A DNA stretch of 49,871 bases, taken from Actinomycetota bacterium. Lineage in GTDB: Bacteria > Actinomycetota > Acidimicrobiia > Spongiisociales > UBA4744. Position 1 is the stretch's first letter, and each line of letters begins with the position of its first letter. The position numbers and the translations under genes are program-made. The stretch is taken from assembly GCA_013152275.1 (NCBI GenBank), contig JAADGS010000081.1, forward strand, positions 1 through 49,871. Reading direction: 5' to 3'. This document shows positions 39,055-48,264 of this stretch, piece after piece. A model generated the notes under the pieces. It did no database searches. It was not told the DNA's origin and saw only the letters and a list, made by a program, of their open reading frames with translations.

Positions 39055-39113
39055 TGGGAGGGGAAGCAAAGAAGGCGAGGGTTAGAACCCGGTGCTCCGG
39101 TAGGCTGCGCGAT

Positions 39114-39887
39114 GTGAGATCGACCCAGCGCGACATCGTTCGTTTCCAGGAAGGGACTCCTCGGCGAGCCGTTGACCACCTCGTCACCGAAGAGCCGCTC
39201 GAGTTGAGGATCGTCGATACGCCTATCGCCGTGGTGATGCGCACACCGGGTGACGATGCGGACCTGGCCCTCGGGTTCTCGCTCACCGAAGGAGTCCTCC
39301 TCGAACCCGACGAGCTCGCCGGCGTGACGGAGGTCGGAGAGAACCGCCTCCGATTGGATCTTGCTCACGGTGTACGGGTCGACCCCGAGCAATTCCGCCG
39401 GAACCTGTACACGACCTCTTCGTGCGGCGTGTGCGGCAAGGCATCCATCGATGCGGTGCGCATCGCCGCTTCCGAGGTGGTGACCGAAACCCCGATCACG
39501 GCGCACGTTCTGGGCGAGTTGCCGCACATGCTGCTGTTCGAGCAGGAGACCTTCTCGGACACCGGGGGGCTGCACGCCGCTGCGCTCTTCGACTTCGAGG
39601 GCAGACTGGTCGAAGCGCGTGAGGACATCGGAAGGCACAACGCCGTCGACAAAGTCGTTGGCGCAGTTGCGCGCAGGTCATGGCCCTTCGGCGCGATGGT
39701 TCTGTTCGTGTCGGGCAGGGTTTCCTTCGAGATCGTGCAAAAGGCCGCAGTCGTGGGGATTCCCTGCGTCGCCGGGATTTCGGCAGCGTCGTCGCTGGCC
39801 GTGGATCTCGCCCGAGAGTTGGGAGTAACCGTCGTCGGATTCGTGCGCGGGGGAGGCTTCAACCTCTACACGGGTTTGGTGGGCTGA
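39114..39887 (+). CDS. fdhD: Formate dehydrogenase sulfurtransferase FdhD
   Basis: EEPLE, MRTPG.D..LA.GF..TEG, SSCGVCG, TGGLHAAA, EDIGRHNAVDK, SGR.SFE; start uncertain. Confidence 0.95.
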   Translation: MRSTQRDIVRFQEGTPRRAVDHLVTEEPLELRIVDTPIAVVMRTPGDDADLALGFSLTEGVLLEPDELAGVTEVGENRLRLDLAHGVRVDPEQFRRNLYTTSSCGVCGKASIDAVRIAASEVVTETPITAHVLGELPHMLLFEQETFSDTGGLHAAALFDFEGRLVEAREDIGRHNAVDKVVGAVARRSWPFGAMVLFVSGRVSFEIVQKAAVVGIPCVAGISAASSLAVDLARELGVTVVGFVRGGGFNLYTGLVG

Positions 39888-39978
39888 CGGCCGACGGCAA
39901 TCGCTGGACACAGCCAAGACACAGGATACGGAAACGATTGGAGACGACTGTGATGTGCGGTTGTCGAGGGAGTGAATC

Positions 39979-41592
39979 ATGGATATGCAGTTAGGCGCTT
40001 ATGAGACCGCCGTTCGACAACGCCTTCGCGCGTGGGACGCATCGGGTTTTGCTCACCGTTTGTGGGCGAAGGATCCCACACTGTGGTTCGAACAGGAAAA
40101 GCCCGAGATCGTCGATCGACTTGGCTGGCTGACGCTGGCAGACGACATGGCTCCGCATGCTCGTGAACTCGCGGCGTTCGGAGCCGAGGCTCAATCCGAG
40201 GGCATCCGTCATGTCGTACTGCTCGGCATGGGCGGATCCAGCCTTGCCCCCGAGGTGTTCCAGCGGACGTTGGGCAGCAAGTCGGGATTTCCGACGTTGG
40301 TCGTTCTCGACTCGACGCACCCCGATGCGGTGCGCGCGGTCGACGCCGCCATCGATCCTGCAGCAACGATGTTCGTGGTCTCTTCGAAGTCGGGTACCAC
40401 GTTGGAGACGCTTTCGGGATTCCGGCATTTCTGGTCACAGACGTCCCGGATTCTCGACCGTCCGGAGCGCCGATTCGTCGCGGTCACCGATCCGGGAAGC
40501 CCTCTCGAAGACCTGGCGAGGAGCCGGGGCTTTCGTGCCGTGTTCTCGGCTCCGGCGGACGTCGGAGGACGCTATTCGGCTCTCACGATGTTCGGCCTCG
40601 TCCCGGCCGCCTTGATCGGCGTGGACCTCGAACGGCTGCTCGGTGCTGCCGCAGCGATGGCCCGGCGGTCCGGATCTGCCGTGACCGCGTCCGCCAATCC
40701 CGGGTTGCGGCTGGGGGCGGCGATGGGGGAGTTGGCCCTCGCCGGGAGGGACAAGCTGACCTTCCTGGTTTCCTCGACGCTCAGGGCGTTCCCCGACTGG
40801 TTGGAGCAACTCGTAGCCGAATCGACCGGCAAGGATGGAAAGGGGATCGTTCCCATCGCCGGTGAGCCACCGGCCGATCCTGGCGAGTACGGGCAGGATC
40901 GACTCTTCATCTCCTATCACCTCGACGGAGAACCTGCGCCCAGAACCGATGGCATCGTTGCTGCGGGACATCCCGTGATCACGATTTCCCTTGCCACCGT
41001 CTATGAGCTGTCGGCCGAGATGTTCCGGGCAGAGATAGCTACGGCAGCGGCAGGTTCCGTGCTCGGCATCCACCCGTTCAATCAACCCGACGTCCAACTT
41101 GCCAAGACTCTCGCCCTCGAGGCGATGGAGGCAGAAGCGGGTGCCGCGGAGCCGATCGAAGCGGTCCGACTCTCAGAACCGGATTTCATCGATTCCGTCG
41201 CTGCGTTCCTCGATGTCGTGGACACCGGCGACTACATTGCCATTCAGGCCTACGTGCCGCGCAACGCCGAGAACGAGGGTGTGCTTCGGCGGCTCCGAAC
41301 GGGGTTGCGCGCAAGAACGGGCGCTGCGACGACGGTCGGGTTCGGCCCCCGTTTCCTTCACTCGACCGGACAACTCCACAAAGGTGGAGCAAACAATGGG
41401 GTGTTCTTCCAAATCGTCGACGAGCCTTCTTCAGACTTGCCCGTGCCCGAGGTCGACTACTCCTTCGGGAAGATCATCCGGGCCCAGGCCGACGGGGACT
41501 ACCGTGCGATGCGGGGCCGTGGTCGCCGGGTGCTGCGCATCGACCTGGGCAGGAGGACACTTGCCGAGATGGAGCAGGCATGGCCGACGTAA
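39979..41592 (+). CDS. pgi: Glucose-6-phosphate isomerase (Tal-Pgi type Pgi domain)
   Basis: RLGWL, LLGMGGSSL, SSKSGTT.E, GGRYS, W.EQL.AESTGK, PFNQPDV, GPRFLHSTGQ.HKGG. Confidence 0.92.
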   Translation: MDMQLGAYETAVRQRLRAWDASGFAHRLWAKDPTLWFEQEKPEIVDRLGWLTLADDMAPHARELAAFGAEAQSEGIRHVVLLGMGGSSLAPEVFQRTLGSKSGFPTLVVLDSTHPDAVRAVDAAIDPAATMFVVSSKSGTTLETLSGFRHFWSQTSRILDRPERRFVAVTDPGSPLEDLARSRGFRAVFSAPADVGGRYSALTMFGLVPAALIGVDLERLLGAAAAMARRSGSAVTASANPGLRLGAAMGELALAGRDKLTFLVSSTLRAFPDWLEQLVAESTGKDGKGIVPIAGEPPADPGEYGQDRLFISYHLDGEPAPRTDGIVAAGHPVITISLATVYELSAEMFRAEIATAAAGSVLGIHPFNQPDVQLAKTLALEAMEAEAGAAEPIEAVRLSEPDFIDSVAAFLDVVDTGDYIAIQAYVPRNAENEGVLRRLRTGLRARTGAATTVGFGPRFLHSTGQLHKGGANNGVFFQIVDEPSSDLPVPEVDYSFGKIIRAQADGDYRAMRGRGRRVLRIDLGRRTLAEMEQAWPT

Positions 41593-42182
41593 CGACGCTC
41601 TTCTTCGACGTCGGGGGAGTGCTGCTGACCAACGGTTGGGATCGGCGTTCCCGTCTCCATTGTGTGGAGAGCTTCGGTCTGGACTGGGAGGAGTTCCGGG
41701 ACCGGCATGAGTTCGTCGCGGATGCGTTCGAAACAGGTCGCATGACCATCGACGAGTACCTCGATCGCACCGTTTTCTATCGCGACAGGAGCTTTTCGCG
41801 AGAAGCGTTCATCGGCGGTATGCAGGCCCAGTCCAAACCGGTGCCGGGTGCACTCGAGTTTGTGTCCAGCCTGTCGGATAGGTATCTGCTCGCGACGCTC
41901 AACAATGAGTCGAAGGAGCTCAACGAGTACCGGATCGAGACCTTCGGACTGCACGAGATCTTCTCGGTGTTCCTCACGTCCGCGTACCTTGGAGTCAAGA
42001 AGCCCGACGAGGCGATCTACCGCCTTGCACTCGACATCACCCATCGGCGGCCTGAAGAGAGCGCGTTCATCGACGATCGGTCGCTCAACATGGAATGTGC
42101 CCGGGACCTGGGTTTGCACACAATCACCTTTGAAAACGTCGGCCAACTCAGAAGCGAATTGGCCGCACTCGGCATCAACTGA
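41580..42182 (+). CDS. HAD-superfamily phosphatase
   Basis: FDVGGVLL, KKPD..IY, FIDD...N. Confidence 0.9.
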   Translation: MADVTTLFFDVGGVLLTNGWDRRSRLHCVESFGLDWEEFRDRHEFVADAFETGRMTIDEYLDRTVFYRDRSFSREAFIGGMQAQSKPVPGALEFVSSLSDRYLLATLNNESKELNEYRIETFGLHEIFSVFLTSAYLGVKKPDEAIYRLALDITHRRPEESAFIDDRSLNMECARDLGLHTITFENVGQLRSELAALGIN

Positions 42183-42194
42183 TAGGAGATCGAA

Positions 42195-43106
42195 GTGGAC
42201 ATTGGAATGATCGGCCTCGGCAAGATGGGGGCCAATATGGCGGAACGTCTCATCCGGCACGGACACCGGGTTGTCGGATTCGACCTGAGTACGGACGCGG
42301 TGGCCGCTCTCGTCGAAGGGGGAGGCGAAGGTGCCGACTCGCTCGAGGCCATCGCGGCCGCGCTTCCCGCTCCGCAGGCGCTGTGGGTGATGGTTCCGGC
42401 CGGGCATCCGGTCGACGCTACGATCGACGCGCTTCTGCCCCACGTGGGTGCCGGCGCGGTGATCGTCGATGGGGGAAACTCGTTCTACAAGGATTCCATG
42501 CGTCGAGCCGAACGCTGTGCCGAATCCGGCGTCGAATTCGTCGACGTCGGCACGTCCGGAGGCGTTTGGGGTCTGGCGGAGGGGTATTCGATGATGGTCG
42601 GCGGGTCCGTCGAGGCCGTCGAGCGGCTACGCCCCGTATTCGAGGCGCTCGCGCCGACCGCCGAACTGGGCTGGGGTCATGTTGGCCCTGCCGGATCAGG
42701 GCACTTCGTCAAGATGATCCACAACGGTATCGAATACGGCCTCATGCAGGCCTACGCGGAAGGGTTTGCCGTTCTCGAAGCCAAGAAGGAATTCGGTCTG
42801 GACCTGCACCAGATCGCAGAGATCTGGCGGTACGGCTCGGTCATTCGCTCCTGGCTCCTGGATCTGACGGCGACGGCTCTGGAAAAGAACCCGACCATGG
42901 ACGGCATCGCTCCGTTCGTACCCGACTCCGGCGAGGGCCGTTGGACCGTGTTCGAAGCAATCGATCTGGACGTCGCAACACCAATCATCGCGGGCTCCCT
43001 GTTCCGCAGATTCCGGTCCAGAGACGAGGAGGGATTTGCCGATCGGATGTTGTCGGCGATGCGCAACGCGTTCGGCGGACATGCCATCAAGCCGGATCCG
43101 TCGTGA
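42195..43106 (+). CDS. gnd: 6-phosphogluconate dehydrogenase (decarboxylating, short type)
   Basis: GLGKMG, MVPAG, DGGNS, GTSGG, GHFVKMIHNGIEYG, DSGEGRWT, RNAFGGH. Confidence 0.95.
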   Translation: MDIGMIGLGKMGANMAERLIRHGHRVVGFDLSTDAVAALVEGGGEGADSLEAIAAALPAPQALWVMVPAGHPVDATIDALLPHVGAGAVIVDGGNSFYKDSMRRAERCAESGVEFVDVGTSGGVWGLAEGYSMMVGGSVEAVERLRPVFEALAPTAELGWGHVGPAGSGHFVKMIHNGIEYGLMQAYAEGFAVLEAKKEFGLDLHQIAEIWRYGSVIRSWLLDLTATALEKNPTMDGIAPFVPDSGEGRWTVFEAIDLDVATPIIAGSLFRRFRSRDEEGFADRMLSAMRNAFGGHAIKPDPS

Positions 43107-44539
43107 AGCACATCGAATCGCATCTCTTCGTCATCATCGGAGCCACCGGGGACCTGACGAGCCGGAAACTGCTGCCGGCCCTCTACGCGATGGTTGCCGA
43201 CCGGGGACTCGGGGACCGCTGTCGGATTCTCGGTGTTGCCACATCTGAACTCACAGACGAGGCGTTTCGGGAAAGCACCAGAGATGCGCTTCGAGCTGCC
43301 GGCCACGACGATGAAGAGTTCGAAGCCTGGTCCGACAGGGCAGTGCACTACCAGTGCATCCGCCCAGGATATGACGCGCTCAGGGAGCGCATCGAAGCGC
43401 TGGAACAAGAGTATGGGATGCCCGGCAACCGGGTCTTCTATCTGGCGCTACCTCCTCGCGTATTCCCCACTGCGATCGAGGGCCTGGGCGATGCAGGTCT
43501 GGCCAAGAGTCCCGGCTGGACCCGTCTCGTGGTGGAAAAACCGTTCGGAAGGGATCTCGAGAGCGCCCGTGATCTCAACGAGCTGGTGCATGAGTACTTC
43601 GACGAATCGCAGGTGTACCGCATCGATCACTATCTCGGGAAAGAGACCGTCCAGAACCTGCTCGTCCTCCGTTTCGCCAACTCGCTGTTCGAGAGTTCCT
43701 GGAATCGGGACCGCGTGAAGTCCGTTCAGATCAGCGTCGCCGAGGAACTCGGTGTGGAACACAGAGCCGGGTACTACGAGCATGCCGGAGCGCTGCGGGA
43801 CATGGTTCAGAATCATCTCGCTCAGGTCATGACCTTGGTGGCCATGGAGCCGCCCGCTTCGCTGGAAGCAGACGCCATCCGTAACGAAAAAGTGAAGGTC
43901 CTCCAGTCGATTCGGCGCATCGACCCGGAGCAGGTCGTGGTGGGGCGTTACGGCCCGGGCGTATCCAACGGTTCTCCTGTCGTGGGCTACCTGGAGGAGG
44001 ATGGCGTCGCCGGCGACTCGACCACGGGCACATTCGTGGCGATGAGGATCGATATCGACAACTGGCGCTGGCAGGGCGTACCGTTCTACCTGCGCACCGG
44101 CAAGCGCCTGCCTCGCCAACTCACCCAGATCGCCATCGAGTTCCACGAACCGCCCGTGTGTCTGTTCGACCGTGAGGGGTTCTGTCAAGTCCACTCGAAT
44201 ACGCTCGTCATCACGCTGCAGCCTCACGAGGGATTCGAGCTGCTCTTCGATGTGAAGGCACCCGAAGAGCGCTTCCGGCTCATGACGCTGCCCCTGGACT
44301 TCTTCTACGAGGAGGCGTTCGGACCTCTGCCCGCAGCGTACACGACCCTGATCGTGGACCTCCTCTTGGGTGATCAGACGCTGTTCGTCCGGGCCGACGA
44401 AGTCGAGGAATCCTGGCGTCTGTTCACTCCTCTTCTTGCTCGAACCGAGGAACCGGCCCCTTATCCGGCAGGCTCGTGGGGTCCCGCAGCATCGGAACGG
44501 CTCCTCGCTCTTGACGGAAATGCCTGGGTGGTGCGCTGA
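43103..44539 (+). CDS. zwf: Glucose-6-phosphate 1-dehydrogenase
   Basis: GATGDL..RKL.P, EKPFG, RIDHYLGKE, RDMVQNH, WQGVPFYLRTGK; GTGA overlap with gnd. Confidence 0.96.
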   Translation: MKHIESHLFVIIGATGDLTSRKLLPALYAMVADRGLGDRCRILGVATSELTDEAFRESTRDALRAAGHDDEEFEAWSDRAVHYQCIRPGYDALRERIEALEQEYGMPGNRVFYLALPPRVFPTAIEGLGDAGLAKSPGWTRLVVEKPFGRDLESARDLNELVHEYFDESQVYRIDHYLGKETVQNLLVLRFANSLFESSWNRDRVKSVQISVAEELGVEHRAGYYEHAGALRDMVQNHLAQVMTLVAMEPPASLEADAIRNEKVKVLQSIRRIDPEQVVVGRYGPGVSNGSPVVGYLEEDGVAGDSTTGTFVAMRIDIDNWRWQGVPFYLRTGKRLPRQLTQIAIEFHEPPVCLFDREGFCQVHSNTLVITLQPHEGFELLFDVKAPEERFRLMTLPLDFFYEEAFGPLPAAYTTLIVDLLLGDQTLFVRADEVEESWRLFTPLLARTEEPAPYPAGSWGPAASERLLALDGNAWVVR

Positions 44540-44594
44540 GAACGGCCGCGTTGAATCTGGCCGAGCACTGCAATCGTCGATATGCAGCAGACGC

Positions 44595-45059
44595 CTACGA
44601 CAGCTCGGCTCTGATCGGTTTCACCAACGCGATGTAGTCCTCGGTCGCCATTCGGATCGTCTCGACGTGGTTTCCCGCGTTGAAGACCATCTCATCGGCC
44701 GTGAACCCCGTGTCCAGGTACACGGGCATGTCGTACAGGTTGCCGAACGGTGGCTCTGCTCCGCGTTCACAATCCGGGCACAGAGGGCTGAATTCGGCTT
44801 CCGTGGCGAGACGCACTTCTGCGCCGACCGCGGCGGCGACCTTGGACAATCGGACGTGCCGATTGGCCGAGAGTACGGCCATGATCGGTGACGATCCCGC
44901 CATCACGATCACCGTCTTGGCGAACTCGTCACCGGGGATGTGCTCGATGGCAGCGATCTCCTGTGCCGTGTACGCGGGACGGTGCCGTTCAACATCGAAT
45001 GCGACGCCGTTGTTGGTGAGGAAGTTTCGGACTCGTGCTGCAACTTTGGTCATGGGCAT
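44595..45059 (-). CDS. YbaK/EbsC-family aminoacyl-tRNA editing protein
   Basis: H..AYTAQE.A, AKTV, LATE.E, GAEPPFGN, FNAGNH; AAGGAGG RBS. Confidence 0.9.
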   Translation of the reverse strand: MPMTKVAARVRNFLTNNGVAFDVERHRPAYTAQEIAAIEHIPGDEFAKTVIVMAGSSPIMAVLSANRHVRLSKVAAAVGAEVRLATEAEFSPLCPDCERGAEPPFGNLYDMPVYLDTGFTADEMVFNAGNHVETIRMATEDYIALVKPIRAELS

Positions 45060-45123
45060 CACCCTGTCCTCCTTCTTGTAGTACTACACGAGCCATCGAC
45101 TGATTTCCAGGGCCGTAGGTCCC

Positions 45124-45162
45124 GAAATTACCTTGACGAACGTTCGCTCGAGCAGATAGGGT
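45124..45162 (+). promoter_or_regulatory. Putative WhiB7-type sigma-A promoter
   Basis: AT-rich GAAATTA (45124-30), -35 TTGACG (45133-38), 18-bp spacer, -10 TAGGGT (45157-62). Confidence 0.65.
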
Positions 45163-45187
45163 TGGGCCACGCCATCTGGGAGGTGTC

Positions 45188-45259
45188 ATGCGGATGCGAA
45201 CCTCGACATACGGGCCGTCCAGGCCTGGTTCGTCGCGTCCGCGGCCACTCGTTCCCTGA
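45188..45259 (+). CDS. Leader uORF (23 aa, MRMRTSTYGPSRPGSSRPRPLVP) upstream of the whiB7-like gene
   Basis: GGGAGG RBS at 45178-83, ATG 45188, TGA 45257; lies between the promoter and whiB. Confidence 0.55.
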   Translation: MRMRTSTYGPSRPGSSRPRPLVP

Positions 45260-45312
45260 CCTCACAGTCCTTCCGAGCCGCCGGACGTTTCCGGAAGGCA
45301 AAGGAAGTACCC

Positions 45313-45615
45313 GTGAACGATATCTACCAGCGTGGGGCGTGTGTGGCGTCCGGCAAGCATGATCTGTTCTTCTCCGAGCGACCCGTCGACCTGGAACGCG
45401 CCCAGGCGGTCTGCGTCCGCTGCCCGGTCCGGCTGACCTGTCTGCAATCCGCCCTCGAAGAAGAGGTCGAGTGGGGCGTCTGGGGAGGGGTGATCTTCTG
45501 GGAAGGCCATCCGTACTACCGGCGCAGGGGCAGGGGTCGTCCACGGCGAGAAGACAAGGACAGGCCGCTCACGGCGGACATCCGCGAGTTGTGGGAACTC
45601 GTTTCGTCCGCATGA
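45313..45615 (+). CDS. whiB7: WhiB-family Fe-S regulator with AT-hook (WhiB7/WblC-like)
   Basis: C..LFF..C..CP....C, EWGVWGG, C-terminal RGRGRP AT-hook. Confidence 0.85.
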   Translation: MNDIYQRGACVASGKHDLFFSERPVDLERAQAVCVRCPVRLTCLQSALEEEVEWGVWGGVIFWEGHPYYRRRGRGRPRREDKDRPLTADIRELWELVSSA

Positions 45616-45841
45616 GCCGTTGAGCATTCGACGGGCCCGGGACCCGTGTCCTGGGAGTCGACTGAGCGGTACTTGGCACGCACTCCCTCGTACCCCGGCG
45701 GTAGGGCCGCCGCGTTCTCGATGGACCACGTGGGAGGGAAGGCCTGCATTCGGCCTCTACGTCCATCTCACGGTCTCTGGTCGACCTGAGGTTGCGATAG
45801 GAGATACGAACTACGTGGTACCCGTATCGCTCGGCAGACTT

Positions 45842-46189
45842 CTAGTCGCTCTTCGGCCCCGCGCCGAAAACGGTGGTGTGCCCTTCCCGGCTCGCTGCGT
45901 AGTACACGGAGTAGCGGCGCGACGACATCGTGCTGTCGCAGCACGACAGGACGTCTGCCATCAACCGGTTCGGGAGGCTCGATACCGCGAACCGTTGCGC
46001 GTGCTCTTCGTCTTCGAAGCGAGTCAGCACGAGCACTCGCGAAGGCTTGTCGGCATCCACGAGCACCTGATGCTCGAGGGGCCCATCCGGGTCCGAGAGC
46101 GCGGCGCGTTCCCACCGCTGCACGGCACTGGTGAATGGTCCCATTGCTCCGGGGAGGATATGAAACTCCGCTACGTGCATGTACTGCAT
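45842..46189 (-). CDS. Small ABM-like (dimeric alpha-beta barrel) protein
   Basis: F.I.PG...F..A, D..P.R.LVL.RFED.EH pattern. Confidence 0.6.
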   Translation of the reverse strand: MQYMHVAEFHILPGAMGPFTSAVQRWERAALSDPDGPLEHQVLVDADKPSRVLVLTRFEDEEHAQRFAVSSLPNRLMADVLSCCDSTMSSRRYSVYYAASREGHTTVFGAGPKSD

Positions 46190-46266
46190 GCAATGAAAGC
46201 TAGTACCGTTCTCGGAACAGCGCCGTTTCGGTCAGGGCACCGACTGCCGGCCGACTCTCGCAGCGA

Positions 46267-47202
46267 CTACGGGGTGAGCATTCGACGGAGCCCGGTCGGA
46301 TTGGCCGGGTGGCGCAGTTTCATCAGCGCTTTCGCTTCGATCTGACGAATGCGCTCTCTGGTCAGATCGAAACATCTGCCGACCTCGTCGAGGGTGTGGG
46401 GAATACCATCTTCCAGGCCGTACCGCATCGACAAGATGATCCGCTCGCGTTCTTGGAGTCTGCCGAGGACCACGGCAAGGTCCTGTCTGCGCATCTCGAG
46501 GGCAACGAGTTCGAACGGTGCCGTGGCGTTGGTGTCTTCGATGAAATCTCCGAGAATGGCCTCGTCCTCTCCGACGGGTTCGAAGATGGAGACGGGCTCG
46601 GGGGCAACCCTCATCGCCTCGATCACCTTACGGACTTCGAGTCCGGAGTGGTTCGCGATCTCATCGGGGGTAGGAGCCTGTCCCAGGCGTTTCGTGAGGT
46701 GGTTCTCCGCATGGCGGACCTGGGAGATGGTGTCCATCATGTGGACGGGCACCCGGATCGTGCGGCCCTTGTCGGCGATGGCCCTGGTGATCGCCTGTCG
46801 TATCCACCAGGTCGCATACGTCGAGAACTTGAATCCTTTGCGATAGTCGAATTTCTCGACAGCATGGATCAACCCGAGGTTGCCTTCCTGGATGAGGTCG
46901 AGAAGCCCCAGGGCCGTGTTCGTGTAGCGCTTCGCTATGGAGACGACCAATCGAAGATTGGAGCTGATGAACCGCTTGCGCGCCTGTTCTCCTTGCTGAA
47001 CGAGTGCGGTGGTCTTCTCGCGGTCGTGGTCGGAGAGGCCGTTTTCGAGGGTTTTCGCGGCCTCTCTGCCCGACTCCATCGTCATGGCGAGATCGACCTC
47101 TTCTTGTGCGGTGAGCAGAGGGTAGGTGCCGATCTCGTCGAGGTATCGACGGATCGTGTCTTCGTGACCATCCCGGTTGGCGAGGCGGTTGCTGCCTGCC
47201 AC
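46267..47202 (-). CDS. Sigma-70 family RNA polymerase sigma factor (RpoD/SigB-like, lacks region 1.1)
   Basis: YL.EIG..PLL...[73 protein letters not shown] before GTG 47202. Confidence 0.95.
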   Translation of the reverse strand: MAGSNRLANRDGHEDTIRRYLDEIGTYPLLTAQEEVDLAMTMESGREAAKTLENGLSDHDREKTTALVQQGEQARKRFISSNLRLVVSIAKRYTNTALGLLDLIQEGNLGLIHAVEKFDYRKGFKFSTYATWWIRQAITRAIADKGRTIRVPVHMMDTISQVRHAENHLTKRLGQAPTPDEIANHSGLEVRKVIEAMRVAPEPVSIFEPVGEDEAILGDFIEDTNATAPFELVALEMRRQDLAVVLGRLQERERIILSMRYGLEDGIPHTLDEVGRCFDLTRERIRQIEAKALMKLRHPANPTGLRRMLTP

Positions 47203-47294
47203 GTGTGCCTCCTCGGTGCGACGTGCCGGCACCTGAGTGTTTGTGCTCTGGCGTACTTTATAGATCGTCGGCCGCGAGAGGCCCGAGCTTGAAT

Positions 47295-47371
47295 TGGTGG
47301 GCGCTGACGGGTTTGAACCGCCGACCCCCTCGGTGTAAACGAGGTGCTCTGCCAGACTGAGCTAAGCGCCC
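47295..47371 (-). tRNA. tRNA-Val (TAC)
   Basis: GGGCGCTTAGCTCAGTCTGGCAGAGCA-CCTCG TTTACAC CGAGG-GGGTCGGCGGTTCAAACCCGTCAGCGCCCACCA; cloverleaf with encoded CCA. Confidence 0.96.
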
Positions 47372-47458
47372 GGGTTGACGGAGACTAGTGCAAGATCGAC
47401 GATGGCGAGGCGCCTTCGGGCGCTGCCAGGCTTGTTACCATCTCCACTCATGGGAGCC

Positions 47459-48172
47459 ATGAGCGAATTCCAGAGTCTGGCCGATCTGTTGGAGCTTCAG
47501 CGGGTCGATTCTGAAATCGATCGTCTTCTGGAGCAGCGTGCGTCTTTGCCTGAACTGGAGCGCTACAGGAGCGCACATCTCGAGACGGAAGAGATCCGAA
47601 CGGAGCTGTCCGAGAAGGAAACCGTCTTTCGTGAGCTCAGCCTCGATCTCGACCGAACCTACGGCGAGCTCGAGATGGCGGAGACGAAGGTGGGTCAGCA
47701 GGAACGGCGCCTGTACGCCGGAGGCATGAGCGCAAAAGAGACCGAGAACATGCGACTCGATGTGGAGAGTCTGCGAAACCGGGTACGCGAGACCGAGGAC
47801 AGGGTTCTCGAACTCCTCGAACTCAAAGAGACGCTCGAGAAGGAAGTTGCGGTCATCCGCGATGAGCTCGCTGCAGCAGAGGCAGAGGAGCAGCACCTGA
47901 GCGGGATCATCAAGGAAGCTTGGAAGGGCATAGACGCAGCACTGGCGGTGCGAGAAGAAAGAAAAGTGGCCGCGATCACCTTGATCCCCCCGGACCTGTT
48001 GGAACTCTATGAGCAGCTACGTGGGCGAAAGGAGGGCGTGGCCGTGGGACGCCTCGATGAGACCGGAGTGTGTGGTGGGTGTCATCTCAAGCTCTCGGCG
48101 GCCGAGCGGCGGCAAGCGCTTGCCGAGGACCCGCCGCGCTGCATCCATTGCCGTCGTATCCTCGTGCCGTAG
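47459..48172 (+). CDS. Coiled-coil / C4 zinc-ribbon protein (DUF164/CT398-like)
   Basis: LLELQ.VD start, long coiled coil, LL.LYE..R, CGGCH..L, C.HC.RIL. Confidence 0.9.
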   Translation: MSEFQSLADLLELQRVDSEIDRLLEQRASLPELERYRSAHLETEEIRTELSEKETVFRELSLDLDRTYGELEMAETKVGQQERRLYAGGMSAKETENMRLDVESLRNRVRETEDRVLELLELKETLEKEVAVIRDELAAAEAEEQHLSGIIKEAWKGIDAALAVREERKVAAITLIPPDLLELYEQLRGRKEGVAVGRLDETGVCGGCHLKLSAAERRQALAEDPPRCIHCRRILVP

Positions 48173-48264
48173 GCAGATCGTTTTCCTCGCCGTAGCTACG
48201 TATTTCGCACTTCGTATCGGGGCGCAGCATCGACGCAAGACTGCGGGGCGGGCGGGGCGGCCTC

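Noticed and set aside
47295..47371. tRNA-Val as the integration site of an island
   Set aside because: No integrase and no duplicated tRNA 3' end were seen in the window.
48070..48160. CGGCH in the zinc-ribbon protein as a heme site
   Set aside because: Cytoplasmic protein without a signal peptide; the motif pairs with CIHC to form a C4 zinc ribbon.
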